Source of the DNA: Bacteroidales bacterium | Lineage (GTDB): Bacteria > Bacteroidota > Bacteroidia > Bacteroidales > UBA10428 | DNA: 64,000 nucleotides | Reading direction: 5' to 3' | Assembly: GCA_046485045.1 (NCBI GenBank) | Contig: JAWOHT010000007.1 | Coordinates: 1,747-65,746 of the forward strand | Shown: one piece after another, positions 20,038-29,369 of the stretch | Layout of the letters: each line of letters starts with the position of its first letter | How positions within the stretch are numbered: the stretch's first letter is position 1 | Program-made: the position numbers and the translations under genes | The notes under the pieces: generated by a model | What the model saw: the letters and a program-made list of their open reading frames with translations, nothing else | Databases searched by the model: none | Told to the model about the DNA's origin: nothing

Positions 20038-20262
20038 ATGCATTCTACATTGGGTAAACATATTGTCATTGCCGGTATCATGATAGTGATTATTGGTATA
20101 TTTATTTGGTTAATGGGTGATAAACTAAGCTGGCTGGGCCACCTTCCGGGCGATATAAGTATTGAAAACAAGAATTCAAAAATCTATTTTCCGTTTACCA
20201 CCATGTTGCTTGTGAGTGTGGTGCTCACTATTCTTTTTAATCTCCTGAAACGCTTGTTTTAG
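20038..20262 (+). CDS. DUF2905 family small membrane protein
   Basis: Track ORF trimmed to MHSTLGK. Two TM helices flank LPGDISIENKNSKIYFPFTT, the characteristic DUF2905 core. Confidence 0.6.
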   Translation: MHSTLGKHIVIAGIMIVIIGIFIWLMGDKLSWLGHLPGDISIENKNSKIYFPFTTMLLVSVVLTILFNLLKRLF

Positions 20263-20349
20263 CGGGTTATATCATTAAATTTAAATGTATAATGATTTTT
20301 AACCTTCAAAATAAAACCATAATCAGGTATTTAATTAAAATGGAATTTA

Positions 20350-20357
20350 TATTTTTG
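20350..20357 (+). promoter_or_regulatory. candidate -7 promoter box (TAnnTTTG) for the thx gene
   Basis: TATTTTTG lies 30 nt upstream of the ATG at 20388. No clear -33 TTTG. Confidence 0.3.
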
Positions 20358-20387
20358 AAAGTTTAAAATAAAATAAATTATTTGATT

Positions 20388-20666
20388 ATGGGAAAAGGAG
20401 ATAAAAAATCACGCAGAGGTAAATTATTTTCCGGATCTTTTGGTGTAAGAAGACCTAGAAAAAAGGATGTCAATAAAATAGAAGTAAAAGCCGAAATTCC
20501 AAAGGATAAACTGCAAAAACCTAAAAATGAGAAAGTTAAACAGGAAGAGCCGCAAGTAGTTGCCGTTGCCGCTGAGGAAACAAAACCTGTAACCCCCAAG
20601 GCAGCCAAAGCACCTAAGAAAGAAGGCGCTGCCAAAACAAAAAAAGAAAAGCCTGCAGAGGAATAA
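20388..20666 (+). CDS. 30S ribosomal protein Thx with long Lys/Ala/Pro/Glu-rich C-terminal extension
   Basis: N-terminus MGKGDKKSRRGKLFSGSFGVRRPRKK closely parallels Thermus Thx ([25 protein letters not shown]). It is followed by ~65 aa of low-complexity KAPE-rich sequence. Confidence 0.7.
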   Translation: MGKGDKKSRRGKLFSGSFGVRRPRKKDVNKIEVKAEIPKDKLQKPKNEKVKQEEPQVVAVAAEETKPVTPKAAKAPKKEGAAKTKKEKPAEE

Positions 20667-20710
20667 TAATCCTGTCGGAATTTACATTTAGCGGCAATCA
20701 TTAAAATTTT

Positions 20711-20744
20711 GCCCGGTACTACAATACTGCCGGGTTATTTTTTT
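20711..20744 (+). terminator. rho-independent terminator after thx
   Basis: CCCGGTA...TGCCGGG 7-bp stem (one G-U pair) with a 9-nt loop, followed by TTATTTTTTT. Confidence 0.55.
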
Positions 20745-20785
20745 ACTTCATGGCTAAAAATTGTATTAAAAAGTTCATAACCCGT

Positions 20786-23524
20786 TTAATCCGACGGATC
20801 TTTTACTGACCTGGCCAGCATGTATTGCCTTGTATAAGCCAACGATGCCACTACTGCAATGATCAACAGGGTATAATACACAAATGCCGGAACGGGTATA
20901 GTATCGCCCTGTGCGTATGAGTGCAGGCCAGAAAGATAGTAGTTTACCCCGAAATAGGTCATAATGACTGCGCTAAATCCCAGCAGTGACATCAGGTTAA
21001 ATCCATACTGACTTTTTAATCCCGGAACCAGTCTCATATGTGTAATAAAAGCATAAACCATAATGGTTATCAGCGACCACGTTTCTTTAGGGTCCCATCC
21101 CCAGTACCTGCCCCAGGATTCATTGGCCCATATCGCTCCGAGGAAAGTACCTGCGGCCAAAAGGTAAAGGCCTATAATGAGCGCCAGTTCAATAATAGTT
21201 GACAATTCATTTATCGTAAGGTCTGTCCTCTTTTTATTGTTTAAATTTTGGAAGATCATGATTACCAGATTTACAGCAGCAAGCAGCGCTGCCATCCCGA
21301 GAAATCCATAGCTTGCAGTTATCACAGCAACATGAATTATAAGCCAATACGATTTAAGCACAGGTACCAGGTTTGTGATTTCAGGGTCCATCCAGCTGAG
21401 ATGGGCGGTGCTTAAAATCAACCAGGCGAGAATAGAGCTGGTACTCAGGGCGATAGGTGATTTAAACGAAAATACTATCCCTGCAAGAACCGCTGTCCAT
21501 GCTATATATGTTAATGCTTCGTAACCGTTGCTCCAGGGTGCATGGCCCGAAATATACCAGCGTGCAGCCAGCCCAAAGGCATGCAGTGTAAATGCAAGAA
21601 AAACAATAAGGGTCGATATCCGTAACAGCCATTTGGTTTTTAGTTTTGTATAAAAAACAGCAATGAAATGCATAATCAACAACACAAACCCTGTAAACCC
21701 ATATATGCCGGATAAACGCGCCAACGGATTGTACTGGTTATAAAGAAGCTCAAGTTTTATTTTATAATCCGAAGGAATGATTTCGCCACCATATTCATAC
21801 TGAAATGCTTTTATGGCATTTAGCAGGTCATTCGATTCTTTCCAATCATTGCTTTTGACTGATTCATGTACTTTGCCAATATAATAGGGCAAAATATGCC
21901 GCACAAATACCGAATCTTCAGAATTGAAGCCAGATGCAGAATGAGTGGGATTATACCACGTATGATCCGGATCGCCTTCTTTCGGAAAAATATTCAACAT
22001 AGCCCCCGAACATGTCATATAAAAGACATTTAGCCTTTCATCGGCTCGAATTACTTCGGTATCAAACTTCGATCTTGAACCGGGTTTTTTCATATTTGCC
22101 AGTTTTACATGCTCCCTTAAAAGGTAACCGCCTGTAGAGTCGTTAAAAAAAGCGTCAAAAGTTACCAGTTTTCCGTTTATACCAAGAATGTCATTGATTT
22201 GCCTGTGACCGACTTTAATGAACGGCACTTTTTGCCACTGCTCCGGATAAACAAGCATTGACAGGACAACCTCATCGGGGGTTAATCCTCTGAACTCATT
22301 TTTGCGGGCAATTTTTCTAAGCACCTCTGAATTTAATGTGTTCAAAGGTTTAATTCTTCCGTCGTGATCCTGAACAAGCAGGGTGCCAAAAGACTTTGCA
22401 TGTTTCTTGTCTGTATTGGGTATATCAAACTGATTTGCGAGAGCACAGGCAGGCAAAATTGCCAAGAAAGCAACTGACAGGGCTATTGCTTTTTTACTTT
22501 TTTGAATGCGCCCGGAATTGTTAAGCAAGAACCTAAAACGGCTTCGCTTGCTAAACATGCTGAAAAACATGCCTATACCCATTAAAAGGTATCCGGCATA
22601 AGTAATATTTGTTCCGGTCCTGTCATAATTAACCGAAAGAATAGTGCCTTTTTCGTCCTCGTCATAAGAAGCCTGGTAAAACCTGTAACCTTTATGTTTT
22701 AATACATGGTTCATGTAAATACTGAACTCGGGAAATAATTCATTATCTTCGACTATCACTACCCTGCTTTCGTACCCTGAAGGGCTTTTTGACCCCGGAT
22801 AGCGCTCAAGCACGAAGTCGTTTAACCTCAAGCTAAATGGCAATTCAGCCTTTTGAATACCATATCTGACCTTGACAATAACATCATTTATGGTGCGAAT
22901 TTCGGTTTCGCCTACCGAATCTTTAATACGCCTGTATGAAAAGGTTTCAGTGGCAGAACCGCTGGTTATTCTGAAAACCAGTTCTTCAACAGCCCCACCG
23001 CTATTGCTGTTTGCAATTATGTTTGGATTATATGAAAGCAGTCTGACTGTAACAATCTTGTCGGTAATTTTAATTGTATGATTGTAATTTCGTTTTGAAA
23101 GAGGATTAAGGATTACAGCCTTTGAAACAGATTTGTAATGCTCTCCGAATTGTGCTTCAATGGTAATATAGTTATCTGATGTATAAAAAATACTTGTTTC
23201 GTTTCCTTCCCTGATTTTCATGGTACCTTCAAAACCAAGATATCTTGTAGCAGCCGCACCGGCTAAGATTATGACAAAGGCCAGGTGAAAAATGAAAATA
23301 GCCGGCTTTTTATATGTTTTACGTTTAAAAGCGAGCAGAATAATATTTATTCCTCCAGAAAACAGTAATATCTCAAACCATTTTGCATTGTAAATAATAC
23401 TTCTTGCGGTTTGCGAACCAAAATCGTTTTCAATAAATGTTGCCAGGGCAAGTGAAACGGCAAAAACAACCATCAGAAAAGCCATAGTGCCGGTGGAAGA
23501 GAAGAATGCCAATACTTTTTTCAT
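20786..23524 (-). CDS. ccsBA: cytochrome c biogenesis System II fusion protein CcsBA (ResB-CcsA)
   Basis: 912 aa. N-terminal ResB-like region with a large extracytoplasmic loop. C-terminal polytopic CcsA with the Trp-rich heme-handling motif WGRYWGWDPKETWSL. Confidence 0.8.
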   Translation of the reverse strand: MKKVLAFFSSTGTMAFLMVVFAVSLALATFIENDFGSQTARSIIYNAKWFEILLFSGGINIILLAFKRKTYKKPAIFIFHLAFVIILAGAAATRYLGFEGTMKIREGNETSIFYTSDNYITIEAQFGEHYKSVSKAVILNPLSKRNYNHTIKITDKIVTVRLLSYNPNIIANSNSGGAVEELVFRITSGSATETFSYRRIKDSVGETEIRTINDVIVKVRYGIQKAELPFSLRLNDFVLERYPGSKSPSGYESRVVIVEDNELFPEFSIYMNHVLKHKGYRFYQASYDEDEKGTILSVNYDRTGTNITYAGYLLMGIGMFFSMFSKRSRFRFLLNNSGRIQKSKKAIALSVAFLAILPACALANQFDIPNTDKKHAKSFGTLLVQDHDGRIKPLNTLNSEVLRKIARKNEFRGLTPDEVVLSMLVYPEQWQKVPFIKVGHRQINDILGINGKLVTFDAFFNDSTGGYLLREHVKLANMKKPGSRSKFDTEVIRADERLNVFYMTCSGAMLNIFPKEGDPDHTWYNPTHSASGFNSEDSVFVRHILPYYIGKVHESVKSNDWKESNDLLNAIKAFQYEYGGEIIPSDYKIKLELLYNQYNPLARLSGIYGFTGFVLLIMHFIAVFYTKLKTKWLLRISTLIVFLAFTLHAFGLAARWYISGHAPWSNGYEALTYIAWTAVLAGIVFSFKSPIALSTSSILAWLILSTAHLSWMDPEITNLVPVLKSYWLIIHVAVITASYGFLGMAALLAAVNLVIMIFQNLNNKKRTDLTINELSTIIELALIIGLYLLAAGTFLGAIWANESWGRYWGWDPKETWSLITIMVYAFITHMRLVPGLKSQYGFNLMSLLGFSAVIMTYFGVNYYLSGLHSYAQGDTIPVPAFVYYTLLIIAVVASLAYTRQYMLARSVKDPSD

Positions 23525-23668
23525 CGTTAGAGTGGTTTGGTATGCAACCGAAAAATGGTGTTGTAAAGAATGATATTCACAAATATAGTCAGAGTTTTAA
23601 ACTTTACTATATGCATGGCGCTACATACTGCGGAATAATTGTACACTTATGGTCAGACAGGTTTACAT

Positions 23669-24325
23669 TTACCTGGCAGGTTCTTTGAGTTTATCTGTAA
23701 AGAGTTTTTTGAATTTTTCAATTTTCGGCGTGATTACAAATGCACAATATTGTTGAGAGGAGTTTTTATTGTAATAATTATGGTGATAATCTTCTGCAAC
23801 GTAGAAATTAGTAAGTGGAGATATCTCTGTCACGATTGGTTTTTCCCATATCTCTTCTTTGGTAAGCAAATCTTTCATCTCTACTGCCAGTTTTTTCTGC
23901 CCTTCGCTGTGGCAGAATATAACCGAACGGTATTGGGTACCAATGTCGTTTCCCTGACGGTTTAGTGTCGTAGGATCATGGGTTTGCCAGAACACTTCGA
24001 GTAGTTGCGTGAAAGATATTTTTTCAGGATTAAAAACGATGCGGGCTACTTCGGCATGACCTGTGTTACCGGTACATACCTCATTGTATGTTGGATTTTC
24101 TGTGTGTCCGCCGGCATATCCCGGCAAAACCTGTTCAACTCCTTCGAGTCTCTGAAATATAGCTTCAACGCACCAGAAGCAACCACCGCCAAATGTTGCT
24201 GTATCGGTATTTATATTTTCCATTGTTAGTTGCGCTAATGTTTTTATTTTACCAATATATGAACCCGGGTATGCAAATGTAAGTGGTAAAACAGACAATA
24301 AAAACAGTATTTTCATATTAATCAT
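23669..24325 (-). CDS. msrA: peptide-methionine (S)-S-oxide reductase MsrA (possibly exported)
   Basis: GGGCFWCVEA active-site motif, GYAGGHTENPTYNEVCTGNTGHAEV, YHHNYY. The long ORF adds a hydrophobic signal-like N-terminus (MKILFLLSVLPLTFA). An alternative start at MENINTD would give a cytoplasmic form. Confidence 0.85.
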   Translation of the reverse strand: MINMKILFLLSVLPLTFAYPGSYIGKIKTLAQLTMENINTDTATFGGGCFWCVEAIFQRLEGVEQVLPGYAGGHTENPTYNEVCTGNTGHAEVARIVFNPEKISFTQLLEVFWQTHDPTTLNRQGNDIGTQYRSVIFCHSEGQKKLAVEMKDLLTKEEIWEKPIVTEISPLTNFYVAEDYHHNYYNKNSSQQYCAFVITPKIEKFKKLFTDKLKEPAR

Positions 24326-24373
24326 CCCGGTGTTTGTATATTATTAAAACACCAATCATGATAAAAAGTTCGG

Positions 24374-27300
24374 TTATGAAGTGCTTTCTGTATTTACAGT
24401 TCCCTGATCAAGAGGCAATGTGAACGAAAAGGTACTTCCTTTTCCAACCTCACTTAGCACGGAGATAACACCCCCATTTTTTTCAACAAATTCTTTGCAA
24501 AGTATAAGTCCAAGGCCAGATCCCCTTTCATCATTTGTTCCCGGTCTCGATTCATTATACTCTGTAGAAAACAGGTGATCAAGGAATTTTTTTTCCATTC
24601 CTATTCCGTTATCGGTTACCGAAATCTTTGCATGTTTTTTCTCTTTTACTGTTAAAACTTCCACTACCCCACCCTCAAGAGAGAACTTAATTGCATTGGT
24701 TATCAGGTTTCTCATAATTGTATTTACCATTTCGTAATCAGCAAATACATATTCAACACCAGATTCCTTAAAAATAATATCAACACCCTTTTTGCGGGCT
24801 ATTTCATGATAAAGCTTCAGGTTATCTGTAACAAGTTTATGAGTATTGATTAATTCCGGTGTAAAACTAATCTTATTGATCTGAGATGCGGCCCACTTCA
24901 ATAGGTTCTCAAGCAGGTTATATACTTTATTAGTCGAAGTATAAATATAACCGGCGATATTCTTCTTCTGAATTTCATCCATTTTTTCAAAATCGTTGAG
25001 CAAAATATCAGAAAATCCAAGAATATTATTGAAAGGACCACGCAGATCGTGAGCAATAATTGAAAACAATTTGTCTTTTCCTGAATTGAGTACCTTTAGC
25101 TCTTCGTTTGCATTCGCCAGACTGGTAGATTGTTCTTCAATCTGCTGCTGTCTTTCTTCAAGCAAAGCATTGGTATTGTTCAGGTCTGTTGTTTGGGCTT
25201 TCAGTAATTTATTAATTTCTTTTAGTTGTCTGGTGCTTTCATCGACTTTTTGACTAAGGAGATTCTTTTGTTTTCTCAATTGAGCTGTACGGTACAGGTA
25301 AATAAAGATGAATGAACCCGATATAAAAAGAACACACAGTGTGTAAAACCACCAGGTCCTATACCAGGGGGGAAGAATTCTTAAATAAATTGAGGCGCCT
25401 TCGTAATTCCATAATCCATCGTTGTTAGATGCCCTTACCCTAAAAGTATATTTGCCCGGGTTAAGATTGGTGTAGCTTGCTTCACGCCTGTTCCCTGACC
25501 GGTTCCATTTTGGGTCAAAGCCCTCCAGCATATATTCATATTGGTTTTTGTCGGCATGTATCAAATTGAGGGCAAGAAATTCAAAGGTGATGATACTTTG
25601 CATGTATTTCAGAATCAAAGTGTCGGTATAGCTTATGTGTTTTTGCAAAATTGAATTGGGAGAATAATCTGTTACCTCTTCATAAAAAAGCTTGATCCCT
25701 GAAATGATCACTTTGGGTATGGTTTTATTAATTTTAAGACTGTCGGGGTTGAAATAGTTAACCCCTTTGATATTTCCGAAAAATAATACGTTTTCATTGT
25801 TTTTATAGGCAGCACGAACATTGAATTCACCGGCAAACAAACCGTCATTTTTATCAAACTCAAGACTTTTACCTGACTTAAGATTGAACCATACCAGCCC
25901 TTTCAAGGTAGACACCCAAATATTGCCCTCTCTGTCGTCGAGAATAGCACAAATATGGTTGCAAGACGAATTAAGATTAATCCTCTTAAAAGCATTGGTA
26001 TTTTTATCATAGAAATTCAGGCCGTTGGTGGTACCGATCCATATGTTTTTATCCTTATCCTGATAGAGAGATAATACTTCATTGCCGGTAAGTGAGCTAG
26101 TATCATTTTCATCAGAAATGTAATTTTCAAACAGTTTTTCATCTTTTTTAAGACGGTTAAGCCCCCATACAGTGGCTACCCAAATATTGTCTTCATGGTC
26201 GCATAATACCTGATAGGCCCAGTCATTTGAGAGGTTGTTTTTTGAAGCATTGAAATGACTGAACTTTCTGTCTTTTTTATTAAACTTGTCTACGCCTTTG
26301 CCATGAACAGCGAGCCACAGGTTTCCTTTGCTGTCTTCTGCGACAGACCTTACATCATTGCAAGCAATTGAACCTGAATCTCCAGGCACGTGGGTAAATG
26401 AGAAAAACCTGGAAGTAGTAGGGTCAAAATACTGCAATCCCCCGAAATAGGTACCTGCCCACATTACATCCTCACTGTCTCTGAAGATGGTATAAACCGA
26501 ACCTCTTCCAAACGATTGCTTATCAGACGGATCGTTGTAATAAGTAATTTTCTCATGCAGAAGTCCGTTAATTACATCCACTCCATTGTTGTACATGCCC
26601 AGCCAAAGGTTTCCCTGTATATCTTCACTAATCGCAGAAATATTTTCGTTTGAAGGTATCGAGTATTCACTGGAATTTGCACCAGAACCATAAAATCCCC
26701 TTGGAATATAGCTTATCCCAACCCCTCCGGGTGAATGAAGCGTCCAGTAGTTGCCCTGCCTGTCTTGAAATATGGATACTGCAGTTTTTTTTATAGAAAA
26801 AGGATCTGTCTCATTAAAATAATACCCAAAAAATGAATCAGTACTTTCATCATATAGTTTGATACCTGTTAAGTCGCATTGCCATAGATAATTGTTCTTG
26901 TCAAGATACATAGACCTGCCAAAACTTTCGTATGATTCACCGAAAGGATACCTTTTAATTATCTTATTATTCAGGTTCAGGCTATTAATACCTCCACCCA
27001 AGGTTGTCATCCACAATATTCCATCGCGCAATGCCAACGAAACAATATTATTATTGCTCAGTGAGTTTGTATTATTATTATCTGCAATATATCTAATAAG
27101 GCTTTTATTGAGGATGTTATAGCAAAACAACCCTCCCTCGTCACCGGTACCTATCCATAAATTATTTTGCAGGTCGAACAAAAAAGTTTTAATAAAATAG
27201 GATTCCAACGAGATGATTTCCGAAAACATATTCCGGGCCTCATTAAAAATATAAATTTTGTTTTCTGCTGCAACATAAAGATTTTTATGCCGGTCTTCGT

Positions 27301-27703
27301 TGATATATTTAATGTAAAGGCATTCAAGACCAGAGGAGTCATCTGTGGAGGCTACCCTGGTGAAAGAGTCATAAAGCGGATTATAAATGCACAATCCAAA
27401 TCCGCTGCCTATCCATAATCTTCCCTTACTATCGGTGAAAAGGTTAAAGATATTATTGCTAACAAGGGAGTTTATATCATTCTGTTTTTTCTTATATACT
27501 TTAAAATCATACCCGTTAAACCGGTTCAGTCCATTGGTGGTCCCGATCCAGATATACCCGAGGGTGTCCTGTGCAATAGAGGTCGTAAAACTCCCGGACA
27601 GGTTGTTTTCATTAGGAAGGGAATAAAATTTCAGGTCATGCACCTGGGGGTATGAAGACTTAAAAAACATTATCAAACCTAACAGCAGAAGTTTCCTTTT
27701 CAT
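24374..27703 (-). CDS. sensor histidine kinase with periplasmic two-component-regulator beta-propeller and Y_Y_Y domains
   Basis: 1109 aa with a signal peptide. Many propeller repeats (WIGT..GL..), Y_Y_Y block (YEYMLEGFDPKWN...GKYTFRVRASNNDG), TM helix, coiled coil, H-box AHDLRGPFNNI. Intact N/G1/G2 boxes (NLITNAIKFS, DNGIGM, GSGLGL). No receiver or HTH domain. Confidence 0.85.
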   Translation of the reverse strand: MKRKLLLLGLIMFFKSSYPQVHDLKFYSLPNENNLSGSFTTSIAQDTLGYIWIGTTNGLNRFNGYDFKVYKKKQNDINSLVSNNIFNLFTDSKGRLWIGSGFGLCIYNPLYDSFTRVASTDDSSGLECLYIKYINEDRHKNLYVAAENKIYIFNEARNMFSEIISLESYFIKTFLFDLQNNLWIGTGDEGGLFCYNILNKSLIRYIADNNNTNSLSNNNIVSLALRDGILWMTTLGGGINSLNLNNKIIKRYPFGESYESFGRSMYLDKNNYLWQCDLTGIKLYDESTDSFFGYYFNETDPFSIKKTAVSIFQDRQGNYWTLHSPGGVGISYIPRGFYGSGANSSEYSIPSNENISAISEDIQGNLWLGMYNNGVDVINGLLHEKITYYNDPSDKQSFGRGSVYTIFRDSEDVMWAGTYFGGLQYFDPTTSRFFSFTHVPGDSGSIACNDVRSVAEDSKGNLWLAVHGKGVDKFNKKDRKFSHFNASKNNLSNDWAYQVLCDHEDNIWVATVWGLNRLKKDEKLFENYISDENDTSSLTGNEVLSLYQDKDKNIWIGTTNGLNFYDKNTNAFKRINLNSSCNHICAILDDREGNIWVSTLKGLVWFNLKSGKSLEFDKNDGLFAGEFNVRAAYKNNENVLFFGNIKGVNYFNPDSLKINKTIPKVIISGIKLFYEEVTDYSPNSILQKHISYTDTLILKYMQSIITFEFLALNLIHADKNQYEYMLEGFDPKWNRSGNRREASYTNLNPGKYTFRVRASNNDGLWNYEGASIYLRILPPWYRTWWFYTLCVLFISGSFIFIYLYRTAQLRKQKNLLSQKVDESTRQLKEINKLLKAQTTDLNNTNALLEERQQQIEEQSTSLANANEELKVLNSGKDKLFSIIAHDLRGPFNNILGFSDILLNDFEKMDEIQKKNIAGYIYTSTNKVYNLLENLLKWAASQINKISFTPELINTHKLVTDNLKLYHEIARKKGVDIIFKESGVEYVFADYEMVNTIMRNLITNAIKFSLEGGVVEVLTVKEKKHAKISVTDNGIGMEKKFLDHLFSTEYNESRPGTNDERGSGLGLILCKEFVEKNGGVISVLSEVGKGSTFSFTLPLDQGTVNTESTS

Positions 27704-28020
27704 TGTTATAATTTACGAAAAAACCGGGTAATGGTTATAAGAAAAGGTAATAAATTACGCTTGTGAGATATAAAAATCATCTCTTAAAAAAAGAAAACAG
27801 CCGGCCTGTAAGCCGGATTTTGTTTCCCGAAAAAATCGGGACTTCTATCATTTATCTGCGCGATCTACCCCTCCCGGCTTCTGGTAAACAGTATCAAAGC
27901 GGGCCGCTTTGTATTTCCTGCAAGCAGGAAAAACCGGGATGTACATGATCTTGCAGCCCATCAGGCAGACAGCTTCTGGTGTCACCACCAGAACCGGTGA
28001 GCTCTTACCTCACCTTCTCA

Positions 28021-28056
28021 CCCTTGTTCGCCGGAACTTTTGCGAAGGCGAACCCT
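28021..28056 (-). repeat. 36-nt hairpin module, copy B (inside rnpB, P12-arm position)
   Basis: cccttgttcgccggaacttttgcgaaggcgaaccct is 32/36 identical to 28155-28190. GTTCGCC/GGCGAAC 7-bp stem. Confidence 0.8.
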
Positions 28057-28154
28057 CGAAAAACCGGCGGACGGTCATTCTCTTCTCCGCTTCTATGCCT
28101 TCACAGACATCTTCTTTTCAGAAGGACGGCACCCTGTGCTGTCCGGACTTTCCT

Positions 28155-28190
28155 CCCCTGTTCGCCGAAGCTTTAGCGAAGGCGAACCCT
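28155..28190 (-). repeat. 36-nt hairpin module, copy A (inside rnpB, P3 position)
   Basis: cccctgttcgccgaagctttagcgaaggcgaaccct lies immediately 5' (in the RNA) of the GAGGAAAGUCCGG P4 strand. Confidence 0.8.
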
Positions 28191-28263
28191 GCCAGTTCGA
28201 CTAACAGGAGCGATAGAACGGCCTGCTGTTTTCATTCTTCAATATTTTAATGCCGGCAGGTTA

Positions 28264-29310
28264 TCAAATTAAATATACCATTGTTGCACCATAGCCATAC
28301 TCCTTGAATGAGGCATCCTGGTATCTCAGGTCAGGATATTTCTCGTCGAGTGATTTAAGTACCTCAAATTTTAGCTTTCCGTTGCCAATGCCATGAATGA
28401 AGACCATTTTTTGTACTTTGTTCACGATGCCTTCCTCCAAGGCAGCATAAAACCTGTTCATTTGCATGGTCAGGATTTCACCGGCACTCATGCCTTCATA
28501 ATTTTCAAAGATCGTTTCTATATGCAGGTCAACTTCTATAATATCTTTCTGCTTTTCCTGTACCTTGAGTTTTTCAACCGGTGCAACATTTTTTTCTGTC
28601 ATGGCCCGGGCAAGCTGTTCTGCAATGGTTTGATCTATTTTAGCACTTTCATTCCCTGAAACAAAAAATATAAGCGCTTTTTCATCAAAATAATCATTCT
28701 CCTTGTAAGTGCTTTCTTTATAAAATCTTATGTCAGCCAAAGATACAACAATATCTGCAGGCGATTGCGGTAAATATTTTCCTTTTCCAAGAAAAATAGC
28801 CTGAAAATGTACATTTTTCATTTTACCTAAATCAGACTGGTTAAAAGAGGCAATTGAAATTTTCGTGTCAGCCTCAAGAAAACCAGACCTGATGTAATTC
28901 AATGACAAATTTTCCTGAACACCTACTAAATAAGACAGTGCATATCCACCATCGTTTATAATATACAGGTCTATGTCACTTATTCCGGCATTGTGCTGAT
29001 CGGTTGGCACAAAGCCCAGTGCGATGGTTTTTGGTGTGTTTTTGGGTACATTCAGGGGCAACAATGATTCCAAACCGGCCTTGCTTCTACTCTTTATACT
29101 TTTTTGCCGCACAAGGTCTTTATTATGTATATGATTTTCCCTTTCATAATCTGCACTGCTGCCAGATTTAATCAGTTCGCCGGCAGCCACAGGAATTTCA
29201 AAACCATCTCCGGTAAGCACCTTTACCTGCTTATCATCAATAATTTCAGATACCACACCCCCACCCGGATCATTCAGAAACTTTACTCTATCTCCTGTTT
29301 TAAATTTCAT
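28264..29310 (-). CDS. Smr-domain protein with DUF2027-like N-terminal region
   Basis: 348 aa. C-terminal Smr-like block IEVDLHIETI...KMVFIHGIGNGKLKFEVLKSL. Confidence 0.6.
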   Translation of the reverse strand: MKFKTGDRVKFLNDPGGGVVSEIIDDKQVKVLTGDGFEIPVAAGELIKSGSSADYERENHIHNKDLVRQKSIKSRSKAGLESLLPLNVPKNTPKTIALGFVPTDQHNAGISDIDLYIINDGGYALSYLVGVQENLSLNYIRSGFLEADTKISIASFNQSDLGKMKNVHFQAIFLGKGKYLPQSPADIVVSLADIRFYKESTYKENDYFDEKALIFFVSGNESAKIDQTIAEQLARAMTEKNVAPVEKLKVQEKQKDIIEVDLHIETIFENYEGMSAGEILTMQMNRFYAALEEGIVNKVQKMVFIHGIGNGKLKFEVLKSLDEKYPDLRYQDASFKEYGYGATMVYLI

Positions 29311-29369
29311 CTGTGAAAATTTTTATCCGTGCAAAATTAGTTATTTTTGTGCTCCTTTTTATACCGGCA

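Larger units (their letters stand above)
27793..28233 (-). ncRNA. rnpB: RNase P RNA, bacterial type A (ends +/- 10 nt)
   Basis: Minus strand has 5' GAAAACAGCAGGCCG pairing with 3' CAGGCCGGCUGUUUUC (P1). It also has GGGGAGGAAAGUCCGGAC (P4 5' strand, rc of 28141-28158), GGUAAGAGCUCACC, and ACAAAAUCCGGCUUAC (P4 3' strand). The overlapping + strand ORFs in the track are artefacts. Confidence 0.9.

Noticed and set aside
27763-28250. Three overlapping + strand ORFs (61, 113 and 65 aa) in the kinase-Smr intergenic gap
   Set aside because: They lie antisense over a region whose minus strand has all the hallmark motifs of RNase P RNA. Their translations are low-complexity (Pro/Ser/Arg/Leu-rich) and show no coding signature.
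29313-29369. Upstream start of the queA ORF (MKIFIRAKLVIFVLLFIPA), and similarly 55557-55583 for trkA, 19987-20037 for DUF2905 and 18770-18805 for the HEAT-like ORF
   Set aside because: The conserved family N-termini begin at the downstream Met in each case. The extensions are hydrophobic or AT-rich read-through of promoter regions.
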